A stretch of DNA of 49,671 nucleotides from Bacteroidetes bacterium ADurb.Bin234 (GCA_002069895.1 MWCE01000046.1:1-49671), one strand, 5' to 3'. Counted from the stretch's first letter, positions 26,254 to 37,101 are shown. Translations and numbers: made by a program. The notes: generated by a model from the sequence alone, not told the origin.

Positions 26254-29200
26254 ATGCAAAAAACGGATAGTAAGAAAATTAGATATATATTTATCTGTAC
26301 TTTTTTGTTTTGTATAAGCCTAAGTCATGCTCAAAAAAACAAGACTTATTCCTTTCCCGAAAGAGAATACAAATCGGCTGTCGAAATGTTTAAGTTAGAA
26401 CAATACGGGGCGGCAAAAGATATGTTTAGCCTCGTTTATGAAGCCATACCCGAAAAATACGACCTTCGGAAAGAACAATCCTTATACCATATGGGTATTT
26501 GTGCCGCTTTTTTATTTCACGACGATGCAGAGAAGATTATACTCACATTTATAGAAGAATATCCTGAAAATGCGTACATTGATAAATTATGGTTTTATTT
26601 GGGCAATTATTATTTTAATCAATCCGCTTACCGAAAAGCCTTGCATGCTTATGAAAGGATAGAACAGCGGATGATTCCGAAAGAAAACCTTACCGAATAC
26701 GAGTTTAAATTAGGCTATGCTTATTTTGTAGCCGAAAAATTCAAAGAAGCCAAACCTCTTCTCTCGAAAGCCAAAGACAAAGAAAGTCAATATAAATCAA
26801 AGGCATTGTTCTACTATTCTCATATTTTATATACAGAAAAAAATTATCATTCGGCTTTGATGGGTTTTGAAAAATTAGCCGGCGAAGATTCCTACAGCAG
26901 TATAGTTCCTTTTTATATATCTCATATTTATTTTGCTTTGGGTGATTATCAGAAAATCATACAACAATCCAATCATCTGTTGGCTAATAGCACTCAAAAA
27001 CGCTTACCCGAAATCAACCGTATCATTGCCCAATCACATTATCAAGTAAAACAATACGAACAAGCCATTCCCTACTTCACAGCCTATTCCGAAAAAACGG
27101 AATTGCTCACCTGCGACGATTTTTATGAAATCGGTGTATGTTATTACAAAAGCAAACAATATGAAAAAGCCATTGAGCTATTAACCAAATCGTTTTGTAA
27201 AGATAACGACAGCATTAACCAATATGTTTATTTCTCTCTCGGCGATTGTTATCTGAAAACAAATCAAAAAGAATTTGCTTCCAATGCTTTTTTGCAGGCT
27301 TACGAATTAAAGAAAAATCCTATTATAACCGAAGACGCTTTATATGCTTATGCAAAACTGCAATATGAAATAACTACCAATCCTTTCGTGCCTTCCATTT
27401 CCGCATTTGAAAAGTTTTTAAACGAATTTCCACAATCAAACTATAAAAACGAAGCCGAACATTTTCTAAGTAATATATATCTGACAACCAAAAACTATAA
27501 AGCAGCTATCGCTTCCTTGGAAAAGATTCAACATAAAAGTATTACTTTGTTAAATGCCTATCAACGCGTTTTATATTTCAGGGGGATTGAACTATATAAC
27601 AACAAAGATTTCACCGAAGCGGAAAAATATTTCAATTTAGCCATTGAAAACAATTATAATCCGCTTATTTATGCCCAAAGTTTGTATTGGAAAGGGGAAA
27701 TGAATTATCAACAACGCAAATATGAAGAAGCCATCAATAACTACAATTTGTTTTTATCATCAGGTCATGCATCACAAAGCAGCGAATATGCCATGGCTTT
27801 CTACAATGTGGGATATGCCCAGTTCAAATTGAAACAATATCCGTTGGCACTAAGAAATTTTAACTCCTTTCTGCAACAAGACCTGAGTAAATACGATAAA
27901 AAAATCCTTGCCGATGCCAACAACCGCATAGGCGATTGCCATTACATGGCTTCTGCTTTACCTACTGCCATCGAATCTTATGAAAAAGTAATTGCATTAA
28001 ATGTGTATGACGTTGATTATGCTTTATACCAAAAAGCACTATCGCAAGGAGGACTTCGTTTATACGATACTAAAATCAGCACGCTCGACACTTTATTAGA
28101 GAAATATCCCCATTCAAATTTTGTCAAAGACGCGCAAATTGAAATGGCTAATACCTATATATTAATAGGTAATAATGCCAAAGCCGAAGAAATATATACC
28201 CATTTCATAGAAAAGAATCCTAAAAGTCCTTACTTAAAAACCGCACTCTTGAAATTGGGATTGATTTATTTCAATACCGAACAAGATGAGAAAGCATTAA
28301 CGGTTTTTAAGAAAATAGTTAAAAACTATCCCAAAACACAGGAATCGGCAACGGCACTGAAAAACATAGAAACCATCTATTCAACTTCGGGGAATATCGA
28401 AGAATTTTTTGTTTACGTTAAAAATGTTTCTTTTGCTAATATAACAGCAGAAAACCAAGACACTATAATGTATAATGCCGCTTCTGAAAAATATTTCAAC
28501 AAACAATTCGACGATGCGGCCAAAGGATTTGATGCTTATATCGAGCGTTTCCCCAAAGGTGTATTTGCTACACAGGCTCATTTTTATAATGCCGAATGTG
28601 CCATGCGAAAATCCGATTATGACAAAGCCTTGACTAATTATGAGTATGTTATTCAAAATCCCATGGACCCGTTTGAAATCACGGCATTACAAAATGCCGC
28701 CGATATATATTATCGTAAAGAGAATTACGTGCAATCGCTTTCAAATTATACCCTTTTACAACAAAAATCCACAATTCCTTCTCAACAAACAGATGCTTTG
28801 CTCGGTATGACCCGTTCTTCTTATTTTAATAAAGATTACAGCAAGGCTATAACCCTGTCGGAGATGTTATTGAAAGAACCGAAATTAAGCAATGAACAAA
28901 AAGACGAAGCACATTTGATTATGGCACGCTCGGCTTTGGAAATAAACGATTTGAATAAAGCCAATCAAGAATATAAACTCTTATCGAAATCTTCAAAATC
29001 GGATTATGTTTCCGAAGCTTTATATCATATCGCTTATATCACTTATAAACAGGATAATTTGCTGGAAGCGGAAAAAAAGATTTTCGAAATACTCACCAAT
29101 ATTTCTAACGATTACTGGCTGGCAAAAAGTTATATTCTATTGGGGGATATTTATTTGCAAAAAGAAAATTCCTTCCAAGCCAAGCATACTTACATGAGCA

Positions 29201-29349
29201 TTATCGAAAATTACGAGGGAGAAGATCTTCGGCTAATTGCAAGCGAAAAATACAATGCCATTATTGCACAAGAAGAAGCTCTGGAAAAACAACGCAAGGA
29301 AGAAATGATTAAAACTGAGGAACAAAACACACCCGAAACCATAGAATAA
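26254..29349 (+). CDS. large secreted tetratricopeptide-repeat protein
   Basis: 1031 aa with a signal peptide (cleavage after SHA). TPR-like Y/A/L periodicity throughout. Confidence 0.8.
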   Translation: MQKTDSKKIRYIFICTFLFCISLSHAQKNKTYSFPEREYKSAVEMFKLEQYGAAKDMFSLVYEAIPEKYDLRKEQSLYHMGICAAFLFHDDAEKIILTFIEEYPENAYIDKLWFYLGNYYFNQSAYRKALHAYERIEQRMIPKENLTEYEFKLGYAYFVAEKFKEAKPLLSKAKDKESQYKSKALFYYSHILYTEKNYHSALMGFEKLAGEDSYSSIVPFYISHIYFALGDYQKIIQQSNHLLANSTQKRLPEINRIIAQSHYQVKQYEQAIPYFTAYSEKTELLTCDDFYEIGVCYYKSKQYEKAIELLTKSFCKDNDSINQYVYFSLGDCYLKTNQKEFASNAFLQAYELKKNPIITEDALYAYAKLQYEITTNPFVPSISAFEKFLNEFPQSNYKNEAEHFLSNIYLTTKNYKAAIASLEKIQHKSITLLNAYQRVLYFRGIELYNNKDFTEAEKYFNLAIENNYNPLIYAQSLYWKGEMNYQQRKYEEAINNYNLFLSSGHASQSSEYAMAFYNVGYAQFKLKQYPLALRNFNSFLQQDLSKYDKKILADANNRIGDCHYMASALPTAIESYEKVIALNVYDVDYALYQKALSQGGLRLYDTKISTLDTLLEKYPHSNFVKDAQIEMANTYILIGNNAKAEEIYTHFIEKNPKSPYLKTALLKLGLIYFNTEQDEKALTVFKKIVKNYPKTQESATALKNIETIYSTSGNIEEFFVYVKNVSFANITAENQDTIMYNAASEKYFNKQFDDAAKGFDAYIERFPKGVFATQAHFYNAECAMRKSDYDKALTNYEYVIQNPMDPFEITALQNAADIYYRKENYVQSLSNYTLLQQKSTIPSQQTDALLGMTRSSYFNKDYSKAITLSEMLLKEPKLSNEQKDEAHLIMARSALEINDLNKANQEYKLLSKSSKSDYVSEALYHIAYITYKQDNLLEAEKKIFEILTNISNDYWLAKSYILLGDIYLQKENSFQAKHTYMSIIENYEGEDLRLIASEKYNAIIAQEEALEKQRKEEMIKTEEQNTPETIE

Positions 29350-29387
29350 TATAGCTTATGAATCACATTACGAAAATGATCAGGAAT

Positions 29388-31127
29388 ATGAAAACATATA
29401 AATTCATTGTCATTATATTCAATTTGTTGCTTTGTGCTTCTTTTACTTACGGGCAATCTCAATACGATGTTGTAGTAAGTTCGTCCTTTACACCTTCCAT
29501 TAATGACGCACAGGAAAAAATAATGAAACCGGCTTCCATTATCGACACGACCAATATCAGTCCGGAAGTTAACTACGATATTGAAGATATGGTATTCTCA
29601 TTCGAATACACCCCCCAACCCATCAAAGCACCCAAAGTAGGCAAAGACCAAATCACCCGTTTATACCGTAATTATGTTAAATTCGGTTTCGGTTATTTGG
29701 AACCATATTTGGAATTTAGCCATAGCAATTTGCGTTCAAAGAAATTGGCTTACGGAGTGAATGTGAAACATCATTCCTTTTTCGGCAAACTGAAAAGTTT
29801 CGGTCCGGCATCTTTCAGCCAATCTCAACTCGACTTATACGGTCAAATGTTTGTTAAAGACTTTATCTTAAATGCCGACGCAAACTATCATCATCATTTG
29901 GTGCATTGCTACGGATATAATAAAGATTCGTTAAAAAAGTTTTACGGCGTAAGTGATGCTGTATTCCCGAAAGCCAAAGATATTGCCCGTCAATATCATA
30001 CTGCACATGCAAATGTTAGTGCCATTAGTAATTACGGTAAACGTTCTTATAAACTTGCCCAAACCTATGCTTTAAATTACGACTTTCTGTTTGATAATTA
30101 TAAATCCTATGAACACCAACTCCAAGCCGCCACTTCACTATTTCAAAAAATCGATATCAAAAGGCTTGATTTGGCAAAAGTAGGTGGCGATTTGAATGTG
30201 AACTATTATCATAACGATTGGGCTGTTCAAAACCTGAAAAAAGACCGTTGGTTGTTTAACCTCAAACCAAACATACAATTTGCTTATCAAAACTTCTCCT
30301 TCCGATTAGGATTTGATCTTGCACTTCGATTAGAAGACAGCACAAAATTCGGCATTTATCCCGATATTGAAGCCTTATTAAACGTCGTTCCTAACATTTT
30401 AACTTTTTATGTAGGTATCGACGGAGGCATGAAACATTATTCTTATTTGGAAAGCATGCAATTAAATCCATATTTATCGGATTACATCGATTTAGGTTTT
30501 GTGAATCAACACATCCGCATTTATGCCGGAACAAAAACCAATTTATCGCACTCCTTGTTTTTCGGTGCCGGTGCTTCACTCTCGCTCAACGATGATATGC
30601 CATTTTTCTTTAACGACAGTTCAACACGTTATATACTGAAAGACACGGCCGTGAATTTATACAATACCTTTAAACTGGTCAAAAGCCAATGCATACACAC
30701 CAATGCACATCTTAATTTAACCTATAATTATAAAGACATATTTAACATTATGATTGGATTTGACTATAACCACTATACTGTCGATTCAGTCAAGAAACCA
30801 TGGTTTAAACCTTTATTTATCACATCATTGGAAGCCAATTACAATTTAAAAGATAAATTCTTATTCTCATTCGATTTTTATATTCATACCGGAGCCTATT
30901 ATCCTTCCATGAAAGCGGATGGCAGCATCAAATCCGAAGCCTTGAAATCGGTATTTGATTTCAACCTGGGTTGTGAATATCGTTGGAATAAACGTTTGTC
31001 GTTTTTCTTGGATGTAAACAACTTCGCAGCCCAACGTAATTATTTCTATTATCAATACCCTTCGGAACGAATCAACTTCTTATTGGGGGTTAAATATATC
31101 TTTGGAGGCGAAAAAATTAAAAAATAA
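29388..31127 (+). CDS. hypothetical outer-membrane beta-barrel-like protein
   Basis: Signal peptide MKTYKFIVIIFNLLLCASFTYGQ. Alternating aromatic/polar strand pattern. Starts 9-39 nt after the TPR gene. Confidence 0.55.
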   Translation: MKTYKFIVIIFNLLLCASFTYGQSQYDVVVSSSFTPSINDAQEKIMKPASIIDTTNISPEVNYDIEDMVFSFEYTPQPIKAPKVGKDQITRLYRNYVKFGFGYLEPYLEFSHSNLRSKKLAYGVNVKHHSFFGKLKSFGPASFSQSQLDLYGQMFVKDFILNADANYHHHLVHCYGYNKDSLKKFYGVSDAVFPKAKDIARQYHTAHANVSAISNYGKRSYKLAQTYALNYDFLFDNYKSYEHQLQAATSLFQKIDIKRLDLAKVGGDLNVNYYHNDWAVQNLKKDRWLFNLKPNIQFAYQNFSFRLGFDLALRLEDSTKFGIYPDIEALLNVVPNILTFYVGIDGGMKHYSYLESMQLNPYLSDYIDLGFVNQHIRIYAGTKTNLSHSLFFGAGASLSLNDDMPFFFNDSSTRYILKDTAVNLYNTFKLVKSQCIHTNAHLNLTYNYKDIFNIMIGFDYNHYTVDSVKKPWFKPLFITSLEANYNLKDKFLFSFDFYIHTGAYYPSMKADGSIKSEALKSVFDFNLGCEYRWNKRLSFFLDVNNFAAQRNYFYYQYPSERINFLLGVKYIFGGEKIKK

Positions 31128-31139
31128 TCTTTAAATCTT

Positions 31140-31895
31140 ATGATAGCTTATATAACAGGTGCAAGCAGCGGTTTCGGTAAAGCTATTGCACTTAAACTTG
31201 CTCAAAACAACTATGACGTTATTATCAGCGGACGTCGTGAAAACTTATTGCGTACACTGGAAAGTGAAATTAAAACCAAATACAAACGCGAGGTGCTCGT
31301 GTTGGCTTACGATGTAAGAAACCGCCAACAAACCCTCGACATCAACAACAATCTGCCCGAAAAATGGAAACAAATTGACGTATTGGTTAATAATGCCGGA
31401 TTAGCCGCAGGATTAGACACAATACAAGAAGGGAATATCGATGATTGGGAACAAATGATCGACACCAACCTGAAAGGCTTGCTTTACGTTACGCGAAGCA
31501 TAGTCCCTTTGATGATTAAACGAAATAAAGGACATATTTTTAACATAGGTTCTATTGCAGGGAAAGAAGTATATCCCAAAGGCAATGTGTATTGTGCCAC
31601 AAAATTTGCCGTTGATGCACTCAACAAAGCCATGCGAATAGATTTGTTGCCCGCAGGGATAAAAGTAACACAATTAGCCCCCGGTGCCGCCGAAACCGAA
31701 TTTTCATTGGTGCGTTTCAAAAACGATAAAACCGCCGCCGATAAGGTATATAAAGGCTACACTCCACTCTACGCCAACGACATTGCCAACATTGTTGCTT
31801 TCGTGCTCTCGCTGCCCGAACATGTTTGTATTAATGATATGGTCATTACCTGCACAGCACAAGCCTGCGCCACACAATTTCATAAAGAAGAATAA
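31140..31895 (+). CDS. SDR-family NADP-dependent oxidoreductase (YdfG-like)
   Basis: TGASSGFG cofactor motif, NNAG, and the YCATKFAV catalytic YxxxK. Confidence 0.9.
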   Translation: MIAYITGASSGFGKAIALKLAQNNYDVIISGRRENLLRTLESEIKTKYKREVLVLAYDVRNRQQTLDINNNLPEKWKQIDVLVNNAGLAAGLDTIQEGNIDDWEQMIDTNLKGLLYVTRSIVPLMIKRNKGHIFNIGSIAGKEVYPKGNVYCATKFAVDALNKAMRIDLLPAGIKVTQLAPGAAETEFSLVRFKNDKTAADKVYKGYTPLYANDIANIVAFVLSLPEHVCINDMVITCTAQACATQFHKEE

Positions 31896-32071
31896 GTTTA
31901 TTTAAACAATTTGAAGGAGTAATTCGAGGCGAAATATTCTTTTATTTTAAAGAATTATCGTTAAAAATAAAAAGTGGCATACCTACGGCATGCTGACTGC
32001 TATTTTTATCATTTATTATTAATAAAAAATATTCAACTTATCTCACCAAACCTTAACAAAAAATAAATGTG

Positions 32072-32079
32072 TAATTTTG
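32072..32079 (+). promoter_or_regulatory. -7 promoter box TAATTTTG for the aminopeptidase gene
   Basis: TAnnTTTG match 27 nt upstream of the ATG at 32106. Confidence 0.4.
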
Positions 32080-32105
32080 CATCAATTTTCAAAAAATAAA
32101 AAATC

Positions 32106-33494
32106 ATGTTCAACAAAGACACCTATATTCAAAGACGTAAAGCATTGAAAAAAACCGTTAATAATGGTATTTTACTTTTTATGGGAAACAATGAAGCTCC
32201 CATGAATTATCCTTCCAACACCTATCATTACCGCCAAGATAGTCATTTTATTTATTTTTTCGGTATACATTTAGACCATTTGGCTGCCGTGATTGATTTA
32301 GATGAAGACAAAGAAATTATTTTCGGCGATAACTACACCATTGACGATATCATATGGATGGGAAACCAACCCACCATCGAAGCATTGGCCGACAAATGCG
32401 GTGTGGCAAACACACTTCCGTCAGCCCAGTTAATAGAGTATTTACACAAAGCACAAAAAGCCGGTAGAAAAATACATTATCTGCCGCCCTATCGGGATGA
32501 CAATAAAATATTTTTACATAACACACTAAGCATTCCATTCGAGCAATTAAAAGCTTCGGCTTCGGTTGAATTTATTAAAGGAGTGGTTTCTTTGCGTGAA
32601 ATAAAGGAGGAAGAAGAACTTAAAGAAATGGAAAAAGCATGTAACCTCGGTGTTGCCATGCATACTGCCGCCATGGAATATTGCAAAGCAGGTAAACTGG
32701 AACGTGAACTTGCCGGTATGATCGAAGGCATTGCACTTGCTGGTGGCAACGGTGTTTCTTTCCCCGTGATTCTCTCGCAAAACGGCGAAACCTTACATAA
32801 CCATAACCACGAACAAATACTCGAAAACGGTCGCTTGTTATTGGTCGATGCCGGTGCCGAATTGAAATCGGGCTATTCATCCGACTACACCCGTACGTTT
32901 CCCGTATCCGGAAAATTCACTCAGAAGCAAAAAGATATTTATGAAATTGTTTTGCAAGCCAATATGGAAGCCATCGACATGGCAAAACCGGGACTGAATT
33001 ATTTTGATGTTCATATGTATGCCACCACCATAATTGCCAAAGGCTTGACTAAACTCGGTTTGATGAAAGGCAATCCCGAAGAAGCTGCCCGCAAAGGAGC
33101 CCATGCTTTGTTTATGCCCCATGGTTTAGGTCATATGCTTGGGTTAGACGTGCACGACATGGAAGACTTAGGCGAAAATTATGTGGGATATAACGAACAC
33201 ATCCAACGCAGTCCGATTTTTGGCCACGGAAGTTTGCGTTGCGCTAAAAAATTGCAAAAAGGATTTATCCTTACCGTTGAACCGGGCATATATTTCATCC
33301 CTCAACTAATAGATATATGGGAAAAAGAAAATAAATTCAGTGAATACATCAACTACGATAAAGTGAAAACCTACATCGGTTTTGGCGGCATAAGAATTGA
33401 AGACGACATAGTGATAACCGAAACGGGCTGCCGTGTGATAGGTACACCGCTACCAAAAAAAGTTGCCGACATTGAAGCTTTAATGGCTGAATAA
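32106..33494 (+). CDS. Xaa-Pro aminopeptidase (M24B, aminopeptidase P family)
   Basis: Motifs DAGAE, HGLGHMLGLDVHD, EPGIY and IRIEDD, with an N-terminal AMP_N-like domain. Confidence 0.9.
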   Translation: MFNKDTYIQRRKALKKTVNNGILLFMGNNEAPMNYPSNTYHYRQDSHFIYFFGIHLDHLAAVIDLDEDKEIIFGDNYTIDDIIWMGNQPTIEALADKCGVANTLPSAQLIEYLHKAQKAGRKIHYLPPYRDDNKIFLHNTLSIPFEQLKASASVEFIKGVVSLREIKEEEELKEMEKACNLGVAMHTAAMEYCKAGKLERELAGMIEGIALAGGNGVSFPVILSQNGETLHNHNHEQILENGRLLLVDAGAELKSGYSSDYTRTFPVSGKFTQKQKDIYEIVLQANMEAIDMAKPGLNYFDVHMYATTIIAKGLTKLGLMKGNPEEAARKGAHALFMPHGLGHMLGLDVHDMEDLGENYVGYNEHIQRSPIFGHGSLRCAKKLQKGFILTVEPGIYFIPQLIDIWEKENKFSEYINYDKVKTYIGFGGIRIEDDIVITETGCRVIGTPLPKKVADIEALMAE

Positions 33495-33549
33495 ATCGAA
33501 AACTCAAAACCTAAGTTAGCTAATTTATAAAACTACATCAAAACCGTTT

Positions 33550-34101
33550 ATGGATATCATTTCAATTCTTTTTATTGCCATCGGATTGGCTATGGATAGT
33601 TTTGCTGTCAGTATTTCCACCGGAACCTGTTCCACAGTTTTTCGGTATAAACAGGCCTTGCTCACAGCCTTTATCATGGGATTGTTTCAAGCCATGATGC
33701 CTGTTTTGGGTTGGATATTAGGATATAGTTTTGCGGATTATATCGCCGACTTCGATCATTGGGTTGCTTTTTTACTACTTTCTTATCTCGGTGGAAAAAT
33801 GATATATGAATCTTTCCGCAAAAAAGAAAACAACTGTATAGTAATCTCATTAAAAACCTTGATTATCCTCGGCATAGCAACCAGCATTGATGCTTTAGCC
33901 GTAGGCATAAGTTTTGCTTTTCTGAAAATAAACATCCTCCTTCCGGTTGTTATTATCGGTTTAATTGCTTTCATTTTTTCTTTTACCGGTGTAGTTATCG
34001 GATACCGTTTCGGCAAATTAAAATTTATTAAAGTTGAACTAATCGGCGGTTTCATATTGATAGGTATAGGCATAAAAATATTGATTGAACATATGTTGTA
34101 A
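33550..34101 (+). CDS. mntP: manganese efflux pump MntP
   Basis: 183 aa with 6 TM helices and duplicated DSFAVS / DALAVG motifs. Confidence 0.85.
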   Translation: MDIISILFIAIGLAMDSFAVSISTGTCSTVFRYKQALLTAFIMGLFQAMMPVLGWILGYSFADYIADFDHWVAFLLLSYLGGKMIYESFRKKENNCIVISLKTLIILGIATSIDALAVGISFAFLKINILLPVVIIGLIAFIFSFTGVVIGYRFGKLKFIKVELIGGFILIGIGIKILIEHML

Positions 34102-34120
34102 ACATTTGAATTTTCTAAAC

Positions 34121-35026
34121 ATGCAACAATATAGAAGTTATGTATTGCCCTTTGCCATTTTAGTAGGATTGTTTTTCCACTCCTATATTGCATTACTTTC
34201 GGATATTGTTCCGGTTTTAATTTTCTTGATGTTGTTTTTTACTTACAGTTCCATTCGGGTAAGCAAAATGCGAATCAGCTATTTCGATATTTGGTTATTG
34301 CTTTTTCAATTAACGGCAAGTATAGGATTTTATCTGTTATTACGTCCAATCAACCATGAACTTGCACAAGGGGCTTTGGTAACCATATTAACACCAACAG
34401 CAACTTCGGCGGTAGTCATTGCCGTGATGTTAGGTGCCAACCTGATGACGATGGGAGTTTACACTTTACTTTGTAATTTGGCAGTAGCCTTTATAGCTCC
34501 TTTATATTTTTCATTTATAGGTAATACCGATATGGTATTTTGGGAATCATTCGGGATGATATTCGCAAAAATAGCTCCGGTTCTTATACTTCCATTTATA
34601 TTGGCAGTAAGCATAAAACGAATATCCCCCAAACTAAATACAACCGTATTAAAATTTCAATTTATTTCCTTCTATCTATGGGCAATGGCTTTAACCATAG
34701 TAATTTCCAAGATTATTAATTTTATAATAAGCCATCATGAAATCAATTTGTTATTCATGATAGCCGCCTGTGTATTAGCTCTTGTTATATGTATATTACA
34801 ATTTGCTTTGGGAAAACATATCGGCAAACGCTACGGAGATAAGGTAGCCGGAGGTCAATCCTTAGGTCAAAAAAACACCGTTTTGGCTATTTGGATGGCC
34901 CAAACCTATTTGAATCCTGTCAGTTCTATTATTCCCGCTATTTATGTTATACTACAAAATGTTTATAACAGCTATCAACTATGGCAAAAAGACACTAACC
35001 GCCGTAAGCAGCCTGAATCAAAATAA
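34121..35026 (+). CDS. BASS (bile acid:sodium symporter)-like transporter
   Basis: Polytopic. TILTPTATSAVVIAVMLGANL resembles the BASS core motif. Start taken at MQQYRSY. Confidence 0.5.
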   Translation: MQQYRSYVLPFAILVGLFFHSYIALLSDIVPVLIFLMLFFTYSSIRVSKMRISYFDIWLLLFQLTASIGFYLLLRPINHELAQGALVTILTPTATSAVVIAVMLGANLMTMGVYTLLCNLAVAFIAPLYFSFIGNTDMVFWESFGMIFAKIAPVLILPFILAVSIKRISPKLNTTVLKFQFISFYLWAMALTIVISKIINFIISHHEINLLFMIAACVLALVICILQFALGKHIGKRYGDKVAGGQSLGQKNTVLAIWMAQTYLNPVSSIIPAIYVILQNVYNSYQLWQKDTNRRKQPESK

Positions 35027-35201
35027 TTTTATCATTATTATGTAAAACGGTTTCTTGCCAAGCCGTTCGCGAAACCACTTTATTATTAAGTGCAACGGCT
35101 ATGCGTTTGTCTTCTTCGCGCTTCAATTCTTTCAACAAATCCATAACCGATGAATTTTCTTTTATTTGCACTGTATTGTCGTTAACAATTACTTGTATCA
35201 T
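34995..35201 (-). CDS. thiS: sulfur-carrier protein ThiS
   Basis: 68 aa ending in GG with a ubiquitin-like pattern. Start at MIQVIVND, 5 nt after the thiD stop. Confidence 0.85.
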   Translation of the reverse strand: MIQVIVNDNTVQIKENSSVMDLLKELKREEDKRIAVALNNKVVSRTAWQETVLHNNDKIILIQAAYGG

Positions 35202-35206
35202 AAAAT

Positions 35207-36034
35207 TTACTTTATAATAATATTTAATTTCTGAGGGTCGAAAGCATGATTCAAGGGACCGTGTCCATGACCTATGCAAATGTCTTTCCCATGCATGATT
35301 GCCTGAAAAACATATTGTTTTGCCAAGCCTACCGCTTCCTTCAATTCATAATCCAATGCTAAATAACTTGCAATTGCTGATGAAAGTGTGCATCCCGTGC
35401 CATGGGAGTTTTGAGTTTCGATATAGGTCGAACTAAAACAATGTGATGTTGATTCTCCTTTAATCCATAGTACATCGGTCATGCTCTTATCTTTTAAATG
35501 TCCCCCTTTAATCAATACCGCATGACAACCCGACGACAATAAATCATAAGCAGCCTGTTTCATTTCATCTACTGTTTGTATGGTTCTATTTAAAAGAATA
35601 GATGCTTCCTTTAAATTGGGCGTAATAATACTTGCCAAGGGGAATAAACACTTTTTCATTGTTTCGATGCTATCTTGCTGAATTAATGAATCGCCGCTGG
35701 TGGCTAACATTACCGGATCGAGTACAATATATTTAGGTTTATATTTTTTTAAAGTCATTGCCAGTACCTCCACAATTTCGGGAGTGTGCAACATGCCTAT
35801 TTTAACGGCATCAACATCCAAATCATCCATCACGGCTTCCAACTGTTGTTGAAAATTATCAACAGTAACCGATTGTATGGCTCTTACTCCAAGGGTATTT
35901 TGAGCTGTAATGGCCGTAATAACCGTAGCAGCATACACTCCCAACGAAGTCATGGTTTTTAAATCAGCCTGAATTCCCGCTCCACCTCCACTATCGGAAC
36001 CGGCCACACTCAGCACTACCGGATATGTTTTCAT
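35207..36034 (-). CDS. thiD: hydroxymethylpyrimidine/phosphomethylpyrimidine kinase
   Basis: AGSDSGGGAGIQADLKT motif; 275 aa. Confidence 0.92.
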   Translation of the reverse strand: MKTYPVVLSVAGSDSGGGAGIQADLKTMTSLGVYAATVITAITAQNTLGVRAIQSVTVDNFQQQLEAVMDDLDVDAVKIGMLHTPEIVEVLAMTLKKYKPKYIVLDPVMLATSGDSLIQQDSIETMKKCLFPLASIITPNLKEASILLNRTIQTVDEMKQAAYDLLSSGCHAVLIKGGHLKDKSMTDVLWIKGESTSHCFSSTYIETQNSHGTGCTLSSAIASYLALDYELKEAVGLAKQYVFQAIMHGKDICIGHGHGPLNHAFDPQKLNIIIK

Positions 36035-37101
36035 TTTTTATCGTTAATTATTTCTTCCTGTATTCTTATCGTCTCTTCATGTAAAACCTCCATGAGTTTT
36101 TTCATAAAATTCTTGTTTATATGCCAATGCTCGCTTTGTTGCAACACATGATTCATCACCTCTTGCCATCGGTTTATTTGCAATAACGACATATTTTTCT
36201 CTTTCTTATAATAGGCAATTTTTTCCACCGTCTCCAACCGTTTAGCTAAAAGGGCACATAATTGCTTATCCAATTCATCAATCAAATTACGAGAACTTTT
36301 CAATTGTATATCTTGTGTTTCTGCCTGATTGGGAACGCTTAATCGATCGATTAATTGATGCCATTCAACAGGCGTTAATTGTTGTTTTTTATCACTCAAT
36401 GCTTTTTCGGGAGAAGGATGCACTTCAATCATTAATCCTTCAAAATCGAGATACAAGGATTTTTGGGCAATTTCAAAAATATATTCTTTTTTTCCGGCCA
36501 TATGGCTGGGATCGCAAATCATTGGTATTTCAGGGTGTAACCGCTTAAATTCGATAGGAATGTTCCATAAAGGATTGTTTCTGTAAATAGAATGTTCATA
36601 AGTTGAAAATCCGCGATGAACAGCCGCTATTTTATGTATGCCTGCTTTGGCCAAACGTTCAAAAGCACCTATCCATAAATTCAAATCGGGAGAAATAGGA
36701 TTTTTAACCAAAATACTTACGTTCGTTCCTTTCACGGCATCGGCAAGAGCTTGCACCATAAAAGGATTAACAGTTGTACGGGCACCAATCCAAAAATGTC
36801 GGATGTCGTATTTTAAAGCTGCCTCCACATGTTGAGGAACGGCTATTTCAATACAAACAGGCAGCTCAAAATTACACTGTACCTCTTGTAACCATTGCAA
36901 AGCCTGCGTGCCGCAACCTTCAAAACTATGAGGAGAAGAACGCGGTTTCCATACCCCGCAACGGAACAAAGAAATTTCTGCTTCTTTACTTAGTTGCTCG
37001 GCTGTTGCAAAAACTTGTTCCCGCGATTCGGCACTACATGGTCCCGCTATAAATAGAGATCTATCATTCCGACTTGATACTATTGATTGAATATCGAACA
37101 T
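36031..37101 (-). CDS. bifunctional 3-deoxy-7-phosphoheptulonate synthase (type I-beta) / chorismate mutase
   Basis: KPRSSPHSFEG motif in the N-terminal ~260 aa. C-terminal CM_2-like helices (IDELDKQLCALLAKRLE...). Confidence 0.85.
   Translation of the reverse strand: MFDIQSIVSSRNDRSLFIAGPCSAESREQVFATAEQLSKEAEISLFRCGVWKPRSSPHSFEGCGTQALQWLQEVQCNFELPVCIEIAVPQHVEAALKYDIRHFWIGARTTVNPFMVQALADAVKGTNVSILVKNPISPDLNLWIGAFERLAKAGIHKIAAVHRGFSTYEHSIYRNNPLWNIPIEFKRLHPEIPMICDPSHMAGKKEYIFEIAQKSLYLDFEGLMIEVHPSPEKALSDKKQQLTPVEWHQLIDRLSVPNQAETQDIQLKSSRNLIDELDKQLCALLAKRLETVEKIAYYKKEKNMSLLQINRWQEVMNHVLQQSEHWHINKNFMKKLMEVLHEETIRIQEEIINDKK

Noticed and set aside
33783-34193. 136-aa minus-strand ORF over mntP
   Set aside because: It is antisense to a well-supported MntP gene and its hydrophobic pattern mirrors the sense strand. 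Likely spurious.
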